64,000 bases of DNA from Escherichia phage FL08. The notes under the pieces were generated by a model that made no database searches, was not told the DNA's origin, and saw only the letters and a program-made list of their open reading frames with translations. The stretch lies in sequence record PP400785, one strand, 5' to 3'. This document shows positions 50,262-60,137 of this stretch, one piece after another (position 1 is the stretch's first letter; each line of letters starts with the position of its first letter). The translations under genes and the position numbers were made by a program.

Positions 50262-50430
50262 AATTACATACTCCTTTGAATAATATCAATAATGTTGTTC
50301 ACCAAATTATAAGTAAACATTGGGTAATTTTATATTGAATCATCACATACACAACAAACAAAATTTTCATTCTCTTCTCCCCAGCAGTTGACAAGATTAC
50401 TATACCATAACCTTGCCAACTTGTAAACCA

Positions 50431-50604
50431 TTAAATGACGTTTTCAATAAAATTCTGAAGCTTTGTATGAGCATCAACCATGATTTTCATTTCTTCTTTG
50501 GCGAAAGCTATACCTCTTTCCCGAGAAGAACACTCATAGTCAGAAACTGCATTAGCATATTCTTCAATTAACTTCATTAAAAACATCTGCTTTTCAGTTT
50601 TCAT
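50431..50604 (-). CDS. small acidic protein, member of MxT(R/E)(E/K)Q paralog family (57 aa)
   Basis: Sub-threshold ORF MKTEKQMFLMKLIEEYANAVSDYE...; resembles N-termini of 50594..50788, 50791..50982, 52793..52981, 52978..53163. Confidence 0.35.
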   Translation of the reverse strand: MKTEKQMFLMKLIEEYANAVSDYECSSRERGIAFAKEEMKIMVDAHTKLQNFIENVI

Positions 50605-50788
50605 TATTCCACCTAATCATTTCAAGATATTGAACTAACTTAGCTTTAGATTTATCCAAATCCTTTTTAGCTGCTTCTATACCGTCGTATGAATATCCTT
50701 CACAATGCTCAACTGCTAATTGATATGAATCTATTTCAATATCACGTGCTAATTTAATGATTTTTTCAAACTGTTCGCGTGTTAGCAT
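50594..50788 (-). CDS. small acidic protein, paralog family member (64 aa)
   Basis: MLTREQFEKIIKLARDIEIDSYQ N-terminus shared pattern. Confidence 0.4.
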   Translation of the reverse strand: MLTREQFEKIIKLARDIEIDSYQLAVEHCEGYSYDGIEAAKKDLDKSKAKLVQYLEMIRWNNEN

Positions 50789-50790
50789 AC

Positions 50791-50982
50791 TTAAACTCTC
50801 GTATTATGATCGATAATTTCATCAAGAAACATATCTAACGCTTCTACAGCATTATTAAATTTAGCTTCAAATTCTTCAATACCTGATAAACCTGATAAGG
50901 CAAAGTTAATGCGTTCCTCATCTGCTTTACGAATTAAAGCTACCAATTCCTTAATTTTATCCGCTTGTTCGATACTAATCAT
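50791..50982 (-). CDS. small acidic protein, paralog family member (63 aa)
   Basis: start trimmed to [17 protein letters not shown]. Confidence 0.4.
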   Translation of the reverse strand: MISIEQADKIKELVALIRKADEERINFALSGLSGIEEFEAKFNNAVEALDMFLDEIIDHNTRV

Positions 50983-51170
50983 TATTCCACCACATATGAA
51001 AGAGAGAACATTGCACACGCCATGTGAGTTGCAACTTCATCACACATATTATAACGTTTCTTAAGAAGTTCTACAAGTTCTTCACTAGTAACTTCATCCA
51101 TGTCGACGAAAAAATCACCATTAATGATGACGTAGATATTTCCTTCTTGATTGAGTGCTTCAATTTTCAT
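50982..51170 (-). CDS. hypothetical small acidic protein (62 aa)
   Basis: start trimmed to MKIEALNQ after GGAG; track start is inside promoter. Confidence 0.4.
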   Translation of the reverse strand: MKIEALNQEGNIYVIINGDFFVDMDEVTSEELVELLKKRYNMCDEVATHMACAMFSLSYVVE

Positions 51171-51187
51171 GATGTTCTCCTCTTTAT

Positions 51188-51232
51188 CCGATAGTTGTAT
51201 AGTACCACAGCTCAAACGGAAAGTAAACCGGT
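51188..51232 (-). promoter_or_regulatory. early promoter cassette
   Basis: gatagttgtatagtaccacag ... gtaaacc core. Confidence 0.5.
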
Positions 51233-51244
51233 AAAATGAAAAAA

Positions 51245-51260
51245 GTCTCCCGAAGGAGAC
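51245..51260 (-). terminator. UUCG-tetraloop terminator hairpin
   Basis: gtctcc-cgaa-ggagac followed by UUUUUU on minus transcript. Confidence 0.55.
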
Positions 51261-51265
51261 TAATG

Positions 51266-51652
51266 TTATTCGAGGGAAAGAAGATACTTACTCTGGTAAA
51301 ACATTCCAGTAATATCATCTATCGTGCTTTGGATGGCTGGAGGCATTTCTTTATAAATGCTGTTAGATTGGTCTAGTATGCGATCAATCATTTTAATTGT
51401 GTCGGTAGGAAGTTTACTGGCATCTGGAATTGAAGGTGTGTATTTTCTACCAGAATACCCCAAATATTGCTCACCAAATTTATCAATCAAATCTGGTAAC
51501 TCGGAGAAAATAAAATCGTATGCTTTGTGTCTAGCATAACTTTTAGTTTCAAAATGTGCAGAATGAAAATAAGCTTGTGCAGCCATTAATAAACCTAAGT
51601 ATTCATCTGCCTTTGAAGGTTTTCCACTTTGTGAAAAGTCGCTGAATTTCAT
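51266..51652 (-). CDS. hypothetical protein (rI.1 position)
   Basis: 128-aa ORF downstream of rI. Confidence 0.45.
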   Translation of the reverse strand: MKFSDFSQSGKPSKADEYLGLLMAAQAYFHSAHFETKSYARHKAYDFIFSELPDLIDKFGEQYLGYSGRKYTPSIPDASKLPTDTIKMIDRILDQSNSIYKEMPPAIQSTIDDITGMFYQSKYLLSLE

Positions 51653-51942
51653 TCAGTCTCCAATTTAATGTTCATAATTCTAGCGTATGATTGTGCCATC
51701 TCCGCGCCTCGCTCTATACATTCAAAATCAGAAGAGCACGGGTCATTTTTATAGGTCGTTCTCATAAAACTATAGAATTGTTCAGACGATTCTACGCTTT
51801 TATTTTCAAAAAGCATATAAACGTGCCTAATACCAGATTCCATAAATTTATCAAAATGAGGATCGACATTCGCTTCAATTGGTGGAGATAAAACAAATGA
51901 CAATCCTAGCATGGCAAATAGTGCCGTTGCTTTTAAGGCCAT
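51649..51942 (-). CDS. rI: lysis inhibition regulator RI
   Basis: 97 aa; signal-anchor N-terminus and sequence recognisable as T4 RI. Confidence 0.8.
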   Translation of the reverse strand: MALKATALFAMLGLSFVLSPPIEANVDPHFDKFMESGIRHVYMLFENKSVESSEQFYSFMRTTYKNDPCSSDFECIERGAEMAQSYARIMNIKLETE

Positions 51943-51954
51943 AAAGGCCTCCTA

Positions 51955-52167
51955 TCATTTTTGTCCTGTATTTACTTTATGCCGATGCACGGCCTTAACT
52001 TTATCAAGGTATTTTTCAAAATTTCGCAATCTAGTATAGTCTGCCGGAGATTGGTTGAGTGATACTTCTCGACGCAAAGCTGAAATGATATTTCCAACTT
52101 CCCTACGAATTTCATCTAATTGAAGCACAGTAAGATTGCGAAGTTGCTTTTCAGTTAATTGTAGCAT
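51955..52167 (-). CDS. hypothetical protein (70 aa)
   Basis: ORF between tk and rI. Confidence 0.4.
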
Positions 52168-52209
52168 ATATACCCCTTTAGTTAGATAAACCTATTTATA
52201 ACTTTTGCA

Positions 52210-52791
52210 CTAACCGAGCTTTTTAGTTAATTCATTCCAATGTTTTCTACACAAAGAAACATAAATTTCATCACCAATACAGATTTGATTACCTTCTTTA
52301 ACTGGTGTTCCATCTTCCATTAATCGAGCTGTCATAATCGCTTTTTTTCCGCAATGACAAACTGCCTTTAGTTCAATAAGTTTATCTGCAATCGCTAAAA
52401 GTTCTTTAGAACCTTCAAACAATTTTCCAGCGAAATCAGTCCTTAATCCATAAGCCATAACAGGAACATTATATGTATCAACAATTCGGCTCAATTGATG
52501 CACTTGTTCAGTTTTTAAAAACTGAGCTTCATCTACAAATACACAATGAATATCTTTTTGTGCTTCAGCCCATTTATAGAACTCGAAAATATCCATATCA
52601 TCTGTGATAATATTCGCTTCCTGTTTAATTCCAATGCGAGAAACGACTTCACAGACAGAGTCGCGAGTATCAATAGCAGGCTTAAGAACTAATACACTCA
52701 TTCCGCGTTCTTTATAATTATGTGCAGCAGTCAAAAGAGAAGCAGATTTTCCAGCATTCATTGCTGCATAAGTAAAAATTAAACTCGCCAT
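52210..52791 (-). CDS. tk: thymidine kinase
   Basis: 193 aa (T4 Tk size); P-loop AAMNAGKS; C-terminal Cys4 zinc motif. Confidence 0.9.
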   Translation of the reverse strand: MASLIFTYAAMNAGKSASLLTAAHNYKERGMSVLVLKPAIDTRDSVCEVVSRIGIKQEANIITDDMDIFEFYKWAEAQKDIHCVFVDEAQFLKTEQVHQLSRIVDTYNVPVMAYGLRTDFAGKLFEGSKELLAIADKLIELKAVCHCGKKAIMTARLMEDGTPVKEGNQICIGDEIYVSLCRKHWNELTKKLG

Positions 52792-52792
52792 T

Positions 52793-52981
52793 TTAGTCCT
52801 TAGTTAAATTTTCTAAATATGTTTCTAAATCATTTTCAGCTTTATCGATAGATTTTACTAATTCGTAATATGTTTCGGCATCTCCATAATCAGAAGATAA
52901 TTCAAAAGACAAATCCTTTTCTAAACTAATAATTTCACCAACTAAAAATAATATTTCGTTCTTTTGTTCGCGAGTAATCAT
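52793..52981 (-). CDS. small acidic protein, paralog family member (62 aa)
   Basis: MITREQKNEILFLVGEIISLEKDL pattern. Confidence 0.4.
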   Translation of the reverse strand: MITREQKNEILFLVGEIISLEKDLSFELSSDYGDAETYYELVKSIDKAENDLETYLENLTKD

Positions 52982-53163
52982 AATGAATTTATATAATCAA
53001 TGAGTTCTTGTTCTTTATTATCGAATTCTTTAGAAAGTTCTTCGTATTCATTTGCATTAAAAGGACCGCATTCATCACAAACTTTTTCCAATTCACTGTT
53101 TTTATCCATAACTTCGTGGATAAGAGAAAAGAGTTTGTCTTTTTGTTCTTTGCTTAAACTCAT
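52978..53163 (-). CDS. small acidic protein, paralog family member (61 aa)
   Basis: MSLSKEQKDKLFSLIHEVMDKNSELE pattern. Confidence 0.4.
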   Translation of the reverse strand: MSLSKEQKDKLFSLIHEVMDKNSELEKVCDECGPFNANEYEELSKEFDNKEQELIDYINSL

Positions 53164-53329
53164 ATATTAATTTCCAAAAGTTTTAAAATAATTCGCTTTT
53201 GCTTAAATATTTCCACAGTTAAATGATCAGTATCTTTTTGACCAATTCCAATGGCAAAACCTTTATTAACAGCGAGTTCAATTAAATTATCAAGTTCACG
53301 TAACACTTCATATTGTAACTCAGAACTAT

Positions 53330-53542
53330 TCATTTCGGTTTACCTTCTTTAACGAATTCTGGATAAGGATAAAATCCCGAATAAAATCCTTCACCTTTAT
53401 GATTGATGCATCCTTTATTAGAACAATAGCACCAATAATCAAAATCACAAGCCATTTCATCGTTGCATAAAGCAAAAACAACCGGCCATTTACACTTTTC
53501 ACAGTGGGCATTTTTAAGAATACTAGTTTGGCTCATAACCAT
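53330..53542 (-). CDS. small Cys-rich (putative zinc-binding) protein (70 aa)
   Basis: 7 Cys incl. CEKC pair. Confidence 0.4.
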   Translation of the reverse strand: MVMSQTSILKNAHCEKCKWPVVFALCNDEMACDFDYWCYCSNKGCINHKGEGFYSGFYPYPEFVKEGKPK

Positions 53543-53760
53543 GTCACCTTTAAGCAGTATTCTTCTACATGCTGTTTACGACCTTTCTTATCAATAAAGG
53601 TATATTCAACGAATGTTCCAATGTAGTCTTTATCTACATCATGTGGACTATTAATTGGACATTTAGTACGGCAAATGCGTTCCCATTGACGAATAATTAC
53701 TGCCTTATTCTTTGGGTCATATGGATGTGGATAATGTATATTCATAATAACGGTTCCCAA
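53533..53760 (-). CDS. hypothetical protein (75 aa)
   Basis: ORF in operon. Confidence 0.4.
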   Translation of the reverse strand: MGTVIMNIHYPHPYDPKNKAVIIRQWERICRTKCPINSPHDVDKDYIGTFVEYTFIDKKGRKQHVEEYCLKVTWL

Positions 53761-54209
53761 TCAACAATCACAATTTCTAATTTAGAGGAATATGTATCTA
53801 AAATATCTTCAATAATATCCCAGTTCCCTTTACCTATGCCTGCACCAATCCTAGGCATATAGATTGTAGGTTTAATCAGTTTATTTTTACCAAACTCATT
53901 TAATTTTAACATACAATTCATTAAAGCGGAATACTCAAAATTTGGCCCTGGTTGAAATTGAGTATAAAGATTAAAGCAGTAAGCTTTATGAGTCCTAAAG
54001 TATTTTTCATAAACTGAGTAAGAACCAAGTTTAGTTACATCACCCCATTCAGTCTGTAATTTATCAGCTTCCAAAATTTTAGGGAAAGCTTTGGTTAATT
54101 GACCCGCTACGCCTGAACCCATAGTATGAAAACAATTGCATCCATGCGCAATATTTTTACCTTCAGCGAAAAGGGCGACAATATCGCCCTTGATATATTT
54201 TACAATCAT
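53742..54209 (-). CDS. macro domain protein (ADP-ribose binding/processing)
   Basis: 155 aa; macro-domain signatures GDIVALFAEGKNIAHGCNCFHTMGSGVAGQL and PRIGAGIGKGNW. Confidence 0.6.
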   Translation of the reverse strand: MIVKYIKGDIVALFAEGKNIAHGCNCFHTMGSGVAGQLTKAFPKILEADKLQTEWGDVTKLGSYSVYEKYFRTHKAYCFNLYTQFQPGPNFEYSALMNCMLKLNEFGKNKLIKPTIYMPRIGAGIGKGNWDIIEDILDTYSSKLEIVIVDWEPLL

Positions 54210-54553
54210 CTAGTACTCAATCCTCGATTATAAGAATCTACCAAACGGTCAACCATTGAATGACAAGCGGCTTTATCTTTCTCCTCCGCAACTGAACATT
54301 CTAAGGTATTCCACTTTTTAGCATATCGTTTTAATAATGTATCATTTTTGTATCTGCTTGATTTATCTCTTTCTCCGTCTTTATATGCATATATTAATTT
54401 CTGTGCAAATTCAGCTTGGCATGCTTTATTTTTCCCACAATAATCTGCCGCAGTGCGGTTTACATATTCTCTAATTTCAGTATATGATGTATCTGCTGAC
54501 GCAGAAGCAGAAAATGAAATTAATCCTATACATAAAACCAAAATTTTAGTCAT
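54206..54553 (-). CDS. secreted/periplasmic protein (115 aa; vs position)
   Basis: Signal peptide MTKILVLCIGLISFSASASA; size equals T4 Vs but identity not verified. Confidence 0.4.
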   Translation of the reverse strand: MTKILVLCIGLISFSASASADTSYTEIREYVNRTAADYCGKNKACQAEFAQKLIYAYKDGERDKSSRYKNDTLLKRYAKKWNTLECSVAEEKDKAACHSMVDRLVDSYNRGLSTR

Positions 54554-55091
54554 TTACTATTTCCAAAAGTTTATTATTTTTAAGGTAATTAGCCTTTTCT
54601 AGGACTTCAGAAGCATATTTAGAACCAGCTTTAACATTCCATCCCGAATTATAAGAGGATATTGCTTTTCTTATATCGCCCTTATGTATATTTAACCAAT
54701 AAGAAAGTTCAATGTACGCCCAGGAAGCTGAATTGGATCGTTTATTCAACATTCTTTTTATTTCAGCATCGGTCATATTATAACCAAGTTCCTTAACTCT
54801 TGCTCGCATAGTAGGCAAATAATTTTGGAACATTCCGTAGGCGTGATGCTTTGGTTTAGATTTTAAATTAACTCCGCCAGAGCTTTCTTGCCATAAAATG
54901 GCTGCCATTATATGACCTAATCCACTCTTGTGGATATTTTTGTGTGTTTTATATTTTCCATCCTTAGAAAATTGTTCCCCGAATTGATATGCATAACGCA
55001 TGTTATCGAGTTGGACATTACTGAAAGTATGCTCGGAGCTATGTGCCATCATTGAAATGGCCAATAGACCAGCGAGTAGTGCTTTTCTCAT
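54546..55091 (-). CDS. secreted lytic transglycosylase-like protein (SLT domain)
   Basis: Signal peptide; ILWQESSGG catalytic-glutamate motif typical of lytic transglycosylases. Confidence 0.55.
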   Translation of the reverse strand: MRKALLAGLLAISMMAHSSEHTFSNVQLDNMRYAYQFGEQFSKDGKYKTHKNIHKSGLGHIMAAILWQESSGGVNLKSKPKHHAYGMFQNYLPTMRARVKELGYNMTDAEIKRMLNKRSNSASWAYIELSYWLNIHKGDIRKAISSYNSGWNVKAGSKYASEVLEKANYLKNNKLLEIVND

Positions 55092-55098
55092 GCTTACC

Positions 55099-55560
55099 TC
55101 ATTGAGTTTTAATTACTGCTTTAGAAGCCTTTCCTGGTAAACGACGACTGTTGATAATTGCCATCCTACATTGAAGTGACGGGTCTTTGAACTTCTCGTT
55201 AGGTTTACAAACTGTAAATCCAAGCCAAAGATTTCCATCTGTGATTTCTAAACGTCCAGGACGATATTCAACCCCATCAATAAAATCTTCGTCAATGTCA
55301 GGACGCGGAGGCATACTCAGGAATTCATTAACTTCTAAAACATGGTCTTTTATTTTATGGAATAATTCAAAAACGTATGTCTCATCAATCTCCCGTTGAA
55401 TTGCGCGATCAAGAAGATGTTGAGAATATTTTAGATGAAACGATGAGACCCCTGCTGCTTTTGATGCCTCACGAATCTCATTGTTAATTTGACGAAACTC
55501 CGACTCAAAGTGACGACGAAGCTTATTTCGACGGATAAAAACTTCTGTATTGATAGTCAT
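55099..55560 (-). CDS. regB: endoribonuclease RegB
   Basis: 153 aa (T4 RegB size); sequence recognisable. Confidence 0.85.
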   Translation of the reverse strand: MTINTEVFIRRNKLRRHFESEFRQINNEIREASKAAGVSSFHLKYSQHLLDRAIQREIDETYVFELFHKIKDHVLEVNEFLSMPPRPDIDEDFIDGVEYRPGRLEITDGNLWLGFTVCKPNEKFKDPSLQCRMAIINSRRLPGKASKAVIKTQ

Positions 55561-55691
55561 GTTGTTCTCCTCTTAACTGATAGAAAAATTATACCACAGT
55601 CAAGAGGAAAAGTAAACAGTTATTCTTTAAATCTAATCAATTTATTCATAGACTTTGAAACTTCTGCACGAACCTCATGTAGATTTTTGAG

Positions 55692-55940
55692 CTATTCAAG
55701 ACGCTGCGTATAGTAAGCAATTTCATCTTCTTCGAGACAGTCCTGCGAATCTTCTTTAAGATAACGTGCATAGTCCTGGAAAGCGTTACGGATTACTTCC
55801 TGGAAATCATCAAGACTTTGAATTTTCTTAGGAGCAGCAGATACACGACGAGGGGCAGTATAATACTCATAACCAAACCCTGCGCTTAATTGAGCCATTA
55901 GTATTTTTCCTCTGGTTGGAACACTGCACGACAAGCCCAC
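55692..55940 (-). CDS. hypothetical protein (82 aa)
   Basis: ORF in operon. Confidence 0.4.
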   Translation of the reverse strand: MGLSCSVPTRGKILMAQLSAGFGYEYYTAPRRVSAAPKKIQSLDDFQEVIRNAFQDYARYLKEDSQDCLEEDEIAYYTQRLE

Positions 55941-56200
55941 ATACTGGCTTCTTTGAGTTTCGTTTTAGCAATAGTTAACTGATCGAGGCTTTCGGCATAA
56001 TTCTTCGCGAATTCACAATCTTCACAATTATCTAGTGCTTCCCAGAATTCATCATACAAAGCATCAAAGATAAGTCCTAAACGAACTTCAGCGTCTTTGA
56101 TAGCATTCACTTTACCGATTTTCTCTTCAGTATGTGGTTTATAACCCTTAATATCTTCAATCATATTTGACTTCCTCACCAGTACATAAATCATATTCAA
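55898..56200 (-). CDS. hypothetical protein (100 aa)
   Basis: ORF in operon. Confidence 0.4.
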   Translation of the reverse strand: MNMIYVLVRKSNMIEDIKGYKPHTEEKIGKVNAIKDAEVRLGLIFDALYDEFWEALDNCEDCEFAKNYAESLDQLTIAKTKLKEASMWACRAVFQPEEKY

Positions 56201-56378
56201 CTAAACGAATAGGTTCATGAATGCCATATCCCTGAACAGAAATTTCTGTCGTAGGATAAATTCCATCAATATCACCCATATTCCAGGCTTCATTAAATTG
56301 CTGTTCGCCTGAATTACTAAACCACTCGGCGAAAGCATTTAGCACATCTTTAGAACCTTCAATAATTATCTTTGCCAT
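56157..56378 (-). CDS. hypothetical protein (73 aa)
   Basis: ORF in operon. Confidence 0.4.
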   Translation of the reverse strand: MAKIIIEGSKDVLNAFAEWFSNSGEQQFNEAWNMGDIDGIYPTTEISVQGYGIHEPIRLVEYDLCTGEEVKYD

Positions 56379-56740
56379 TACAAACTCTCGGTGAAGGTAC
56401 GAGCGATAACGTCGCGCTGCTGTTCCGGAGTCAGAGAGTTAAAGCGAACTGCATAACCGGATACACGGATGGTCAGCTGCGGATATTTTTCCGGATGCTT
56501 AACTGCATCTTCCAGAGTTTCACGACGCAGAACGTTAACGTTCAGGTGTTGACCACCTTCAATTTTAACTGTAGGTTGTTGCTCAATTTCAATTTCACGG
56601 GCATGCAAACCGTAGAAAATTTCTGGGTCTACAAAAGAGTCCTCTTTAAAGGTTTTAGAGACAATAATTCGTGCTTGAATACCATCTTCAAAATAAATAG
56701 TACCTTTATGTGTGCCTTCAAGAATTTGATATGCTTTCAT
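56378..56740 (-). CDS. autonomous glycyl radical cofactor (GrcA/YfiD-like)
   Basis: 120 aa; glycyl radical signature RVSGYAVRF near C-terminus; PFL C-terminal domain-like. Confidence 0.7.
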   Translation of the reverse strand: MKAYQILEGTHKGTIYFEDGIQARIIVSKTFKEDSFVDPEIFYGLHAREIEIEQQPTVKIEGGQHLNVNVLRRETLEDAVKHPEKYPQLTIRVSGYAVRFNSLTPEQQRDVIARTFTESL

Positions 56741-56747
56741 ATAAACC

Positions 56748-57077
56748 TCAATTAGAAAATAAATTTATCCAAGATTGTTCTTTAATTAAAAATGGCTCAG
56801 AATCATATGCCATTAAACTTTGCGTAATTAATCCTTTAAAAGGTCCATCAATAAATTCCATGGTAAAATATGGAATTTTATTCATTAGCCGTGCATTAGG
56901 AGCAGTGCACAAAACTCTGCATCCTTTGAATACGCCTTTTTGTAATTTGTATTGCTTAGGATAAAATTCGCTTAAAATGTTATTTTTTGCTAAAATTTCA
57001 AAATGATTCACCAATTTATTTTTAATAGTTTTTGGCGAAAAATAAAGATATTCGAAAAGCTGAGTGTCTGTCATCAT
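56748..57077 (-). CDS. hypothetical protein (about 110 aa)
   Basis: start trimmed to ATG overlapping upstream stop. Confidence 0.4.
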   Translation of the reverse strand: MMTDTQLFEYLYFSPKTIKNKLVNHFEILAKNNILSEFYPKQYKLQKGVFKGCRVLCTAPNARLMNKIPYFTMEFIDGPFKGLITQSLMAYDSEPFLIKEQSWINLFSN

Positions 57078-57613
57078 TGCATTCCAATTACGAAAAACTG
57101 TGGACGAGTAATACCACCAATACAACATTTAATATTACAGCAGCAGTGTACAGTGTCAATATGGACACTATAAATCTTATCCATATCAGGAGATTTGACA
57201 GGCTCATCAATTATATACAAAATTCGCGAAAGCGATAAACCTCTGAACTTACTTCCTTTATTACCAATAAAACTGCGTACAGAATCAGTAAATAAACGAA
57301 AACGTATATCATCATTAGAATAACGCGAAAATTCCTTTTTGATGTTATTTGCAGAAATTTTAGCATAAGCTGAAGTATTAGAAAGAACAATAACTGTTCC
57401 GCCATCATACAACCAATTAGCAGCGAAGTTAGTCACAGCAATTGATTTACCGGATTGACGTCCACCATCTAGTCGAAGTGTGCAATACTGTTTAAGTAAG
57501 TCTTCAAATGGCGGGATATATTCGTTTTTACAAATTTCTTCTACTCTAGCATCAGAATGGTGTGTAAAAGCATTCATCAGGGATAGATAAGGACCAGTTA
57601 AAAATGTTCTCAT
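57074..57613 (-). CDS. P-loop-containing protein with Cys-cluster C-terminus
   Basis: GRQSGKS Walker A-like motif; C-terminal HCCCNIKCC; start trimmed to MRTFLTG. Confidence 0.45.
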   Translation of the reverse strand: MRTFLTGPYLSLMNAFTHHSDARVEEICKNEYIPPFEDLLKQYCTLRLDGGRQSGKSIAVTNFAANWLYDGGTVIVLSNTSAYAKISANNIKKEFSRYSNDDIRFRLFTDSVRSFIGNKGSKFRGLSLSRILYIIDEPVKSPDMDKIYSVHIDTVHCCCNIKCCIGGITRPQFFVIGMQ

Positions 57614-57754
57614 TTTGTTCTCTCTAGGTTTGGGACAATTCATGCGCCATGAATTGTCCATTTCTGTATTTACCCATTACCGCACTTAGGCTCGACCTTA
57701 TTACAGGTTGGCGGGAATCCCTTATAGAATCATAAGGTCCAGGTTGTTCCCATA

Positions 57755-58228
57755 TTATTTGAACGATTTAACGTACTGAATAGAACCTTTACTATTTACA
57801 AAGACAATTTTACCATTTTTATTATACATGGTAGCAGTACGTTGATAGCCATAAGTTTGTTTACCAGATTGATAACCAACTAATGCGAAATTATCTTCAC
57901 CCATTTTATTCTGTTTAGCGCGAATGCGTTCATGGCCATGTGCCATAAGAACCTTAGCATCACCTGTTGCAATGGATCGACGAGTTTTTTCATCTTCAAC
58001 TGTATTAACAAAATCGTCAAATGAATCAAATTTAGCATGAGATTTATTATACAGTTTTCCATCTACTGCATAATTATATCCTTGTACATCCATCTCAACT
58101 TCTGTACCATCATCCAGTACAGCAGTGATTTTCTGTCCTTTTTTAAATTTCAAAAGATCAGTAAAAGATTCAGCAATAATTTGAGAATTAATAGCTGCTT
58201 CAGTAATAAATTCTTGATATGTTTTCAT
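57755..58228 (-). CDS. internal protein (IP) with capsid targeting sequence
   Basis: N-terminus MKTYQEFITE matches T4 CTS MKTYQEFIAE 9/10; basic 157-aa body; position upstream of regB, adjacent to e. Confidence 0.6.
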   Translation of the reverse strand: MKTYQEFITEAAINSQIIAESFTDLLKFKKGQKITAVLDDGTEVEMDVQGYNYAVDGKLYNKSHAKFDSFDDFVNTVEDEKTRRSIATGDAKVLMAHGHERIRAKQNKMGEDNFALVGYQSGKQTYGYQRTATMYNKNGKIVFVNSKGSIQYVKSFK

Positions 58229-58322
58229 GTGTATCCTTTAAATGTAAATATTTTAATTAATAATTTATCTCTTCAAGTAACTGTGAATATACTATCACAA
58301 TTCTAGGAGAAAGTAAATAACT

Positions 58323-58853
<531 letters not shown>

Positions 58854-59309
58854 TTAAAAGAGGGTGTTCATTATTCGGTAAAGTGAAGGACCCATCACAT
58901 ATTGCCACTGAGTACGAGGAATAAGAGCAAAAGCGTCCATTTCTGGAATCATAACGCCATCTTTATTTTCAAAATAAGACTCGCAGCGGCAATTTCTAAA
59001 CATCTCATGCTCTACTGGAATCGTATAATAAAATAACTGTAGGTCTTTATTACTAGAATATTTAAATACACCTAGGTCTTCTAGAAGGTCTGGATTATAA
59101 TTGCTAAAACCGGTCTCTTCTAAACATTCTCTTCGTGCTGCATCTAATGCGCTTAAATCCGAATTTTCTACACGGCCCTTTGGAATATCCCAACGATGTG
59201 CCATCATTCCAGGCTTACGAGAACCAGTAACCCGACCCATAAATAAATCTTTATCTTCTGTCATAAAGATAATACCAGCTGATAATGTTTTCATTTTAAT
59301 TTCCTGCAT
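58854..59309 (-). CDS. nudE: Nudix hydrolase NudE
   Basis: 151 aa; Nudix box GRVENSDLSALDAARRECLEETGF. Confidence 0.8.
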   Translation of the reverse strand: MQEIKMKTLSAGIIFMTEDKDLFMGRVTGSRKPGMMAHRWDIPKGRVENSDLSALDAARRECLEETGFSNYNPDLLEDLGVFKYSSNKDLQLFYYTIPVEHEMFRNCRCESYFENKDGVMIPEMDAFALIPRTQWQYVMGPSLYRIMNTLF

Positions 59310-59779
59310 TCAGTGATAAAGTTATTTAAATTTTGAGTATATTTCTTTTCATCAAAAATCTTTTGTTGTCTGCGTAAACGCCATGGCATTTCAATGAACA
59401 CACACCATATCCCAGATAATATTGCTGCTGTCAAAATATTAACAAATATAGTACAAAGAACCCAATCTCCTATTCTGTCCATTGGATTTTTTCCAAAGAA
59501 GTAAAATACGAATGATGACACAGGAAGACTAATGATATACCACAGAAGCATATTCTTATCCGTAAACCATTCAGCGTTCGTTAACTTAGCACGACCGTTT
59601 TGAATACACACGAATTTATCGTCTGTTATAGTAGATGGCTTAGCTGCTTGATATCCCATTCTAAACTCCCTAATCAACAAATTTTTCATATCTTCGGAAC
59701 AACCATTCCAGTCAACTCTATCAACTGAAATGCCATCGTCCCCATCGTCTAAATCATACCAGCGAGTTTTTAAAATCAT
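59291..59779 (-). CDS. membrane protein (162 aa)
   Basis: two hydrophobic helices in C-terminal half. Confidence 0.45.
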   Translation of the reverse strand: MILKTRWYDLDDGDDGISVDRVDWNGCSEDMKNLLIREFRMGYQAAKPSTITDDKFVCIQNGRAKLTNAEWFTDKNMLLWYIISLPVSSFVFYFFGKNPMDRIGDWVLCTIFVNILTAAILSGIWCVFIEMPWRLRRQQKIFDEKKYTQNLNNFITECRKLK

Positions 59780-59855
59780 TTGATTTTCCTACAATTACTC
59801 ACAAACTCTTCCATTGATTCTTTTTCAATATAAGACATGTAGCTATTATATTCTT

Positions 59856-60137
59856 TTAATTGTATTTTGTAATCTTTTTTCTTTGCCAATTTATTTTAAA
59901 ATTATCATAATGAAAATATAACATAGTACCAAAGAATGAAAATAATGAAATCGCTATAGTATAACGAAGTTCACTCCAAACCTCTGTTATAATTACTGTG
60001 CCGTCAATGTTTAAAATAAAACAGTCAATTAACAATCCAATAAGACTACCCGCAAGAGCTGCAAATACTGATACAGCAAGAATTAATAGTGCCTCAGGAA
60101 ACGAATATTTGACTTTATTTAATTTTGGCTTTTGCAT
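59856..60137 (-). CDS. small membrane protein (93 aa)
   Basis: two TM helices. Confidence 0.4.
   Translation of the reverse strand: MQKPKLNKVKYSFPEALLILAVSVFAALAGSLIGLLIDCFILNIDGTVIITEVWSELRYTIAISLFSFFGTMLYFHYDNFKINWQRKKITKYN

Noticed and set aside
45084-51215. Recurring peptide YGTIQLS / CGTIQLS at the N-terminus of three unrelated track ORFs (46774..47859, 45084..45671, 50982..51215), which looked like a shared domain
   Set aside because: It comes from translating through the conserved early promoter -10/leader (ggtactatacaactatc). Real starts are internal ATGs with GGAG ribosome-binding sites; the ORFs were trimmed.
53326-53511. 61-aa minus-strand ORF overlapping 53330..53542
   Set aside because: Alternative frame of the Cys-rich small protein gene; hydrophobic low-complexity translation, no distinct start signal.
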